Virus record (IMG/VR): IMGVR_UViG_3300043777_000086 | Location: 1 to 64,000 of that record | Length of the DNA: 64,000 bases | Origin: a virus | Strand: one strand, 5' to 3' | Part shown: positions 64,000 through 64,000 of the stretch, piece after piece | Position numbering within the stretch: position 1 is the stretch's first letter | How the letters are laid out: every line of letters starts with the position of its first letter | Translations under genes and position numbers: made by a program | The notes under the pieces: model-generated | Seen by the model: the letters and a program-made list of their open reading frames with translations, nothing else | What the model was told of the DNA's origin: nothing | Database searches by the model: none

Positions 64000-64000
64000 C

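Noticed and set aside
29173-64000. Diversity-generating retroelement using the two beta-helix paralogues as TR/VR
   Set aside because: There is no reverse transcriptase in the window, and the differences are spread over all bases rather than being adenine-specific.

Overview
This 64 kb window is part of a tailed dsDNA phage or prophage genome with a podovirus-like layout. An Acidobacteriota-like host is inferred from the style of the secreted proteins and is not proven. Both ends cut through genes, and no terminase, portal, capsid, integrase, tRNA or CRISPR array is visible. Layout: (i) + strand early/recombination block, 1-18989 (octapeptide-repeat protein, ECF-like sigma, DUF932-like protein, RecT-like annealase, PD-(D/E)XK nuclease, KTSC, YhaM, SF2 helicase, SLT). 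(ii) Short - strand block with a solo tnpB. (iii) + strand replication block, 22101-29169 (DUF1376 initiator, DnaB, RusA-like). (iv) Long - strand virion block, 29173-57051 (fibre-like and beta-helix proteins, ejection proteins, GNAT, tail nozzle, holin-like genes). (v) + strand cassette with a glycosyltransferase-sulfotransferase fusion, APS kinase and a Cys peptidase. (vi) - strand lipase, TrpF-like protein and a second beta-helix paralogue. Most notable observations: a palindrome TCCGA-NN-TCGGA found 14 times across the window; a tnpB bracketed by 25-bp inverted repeats; fibre-like proteins with Sec-type signal peptides, two of which share a C-terminal tag; an overlapping gene pair whose first product ends in GG; a glycan-sulfation module; and two stand-alone proteins resembling the tail-nozzle repeat domain.
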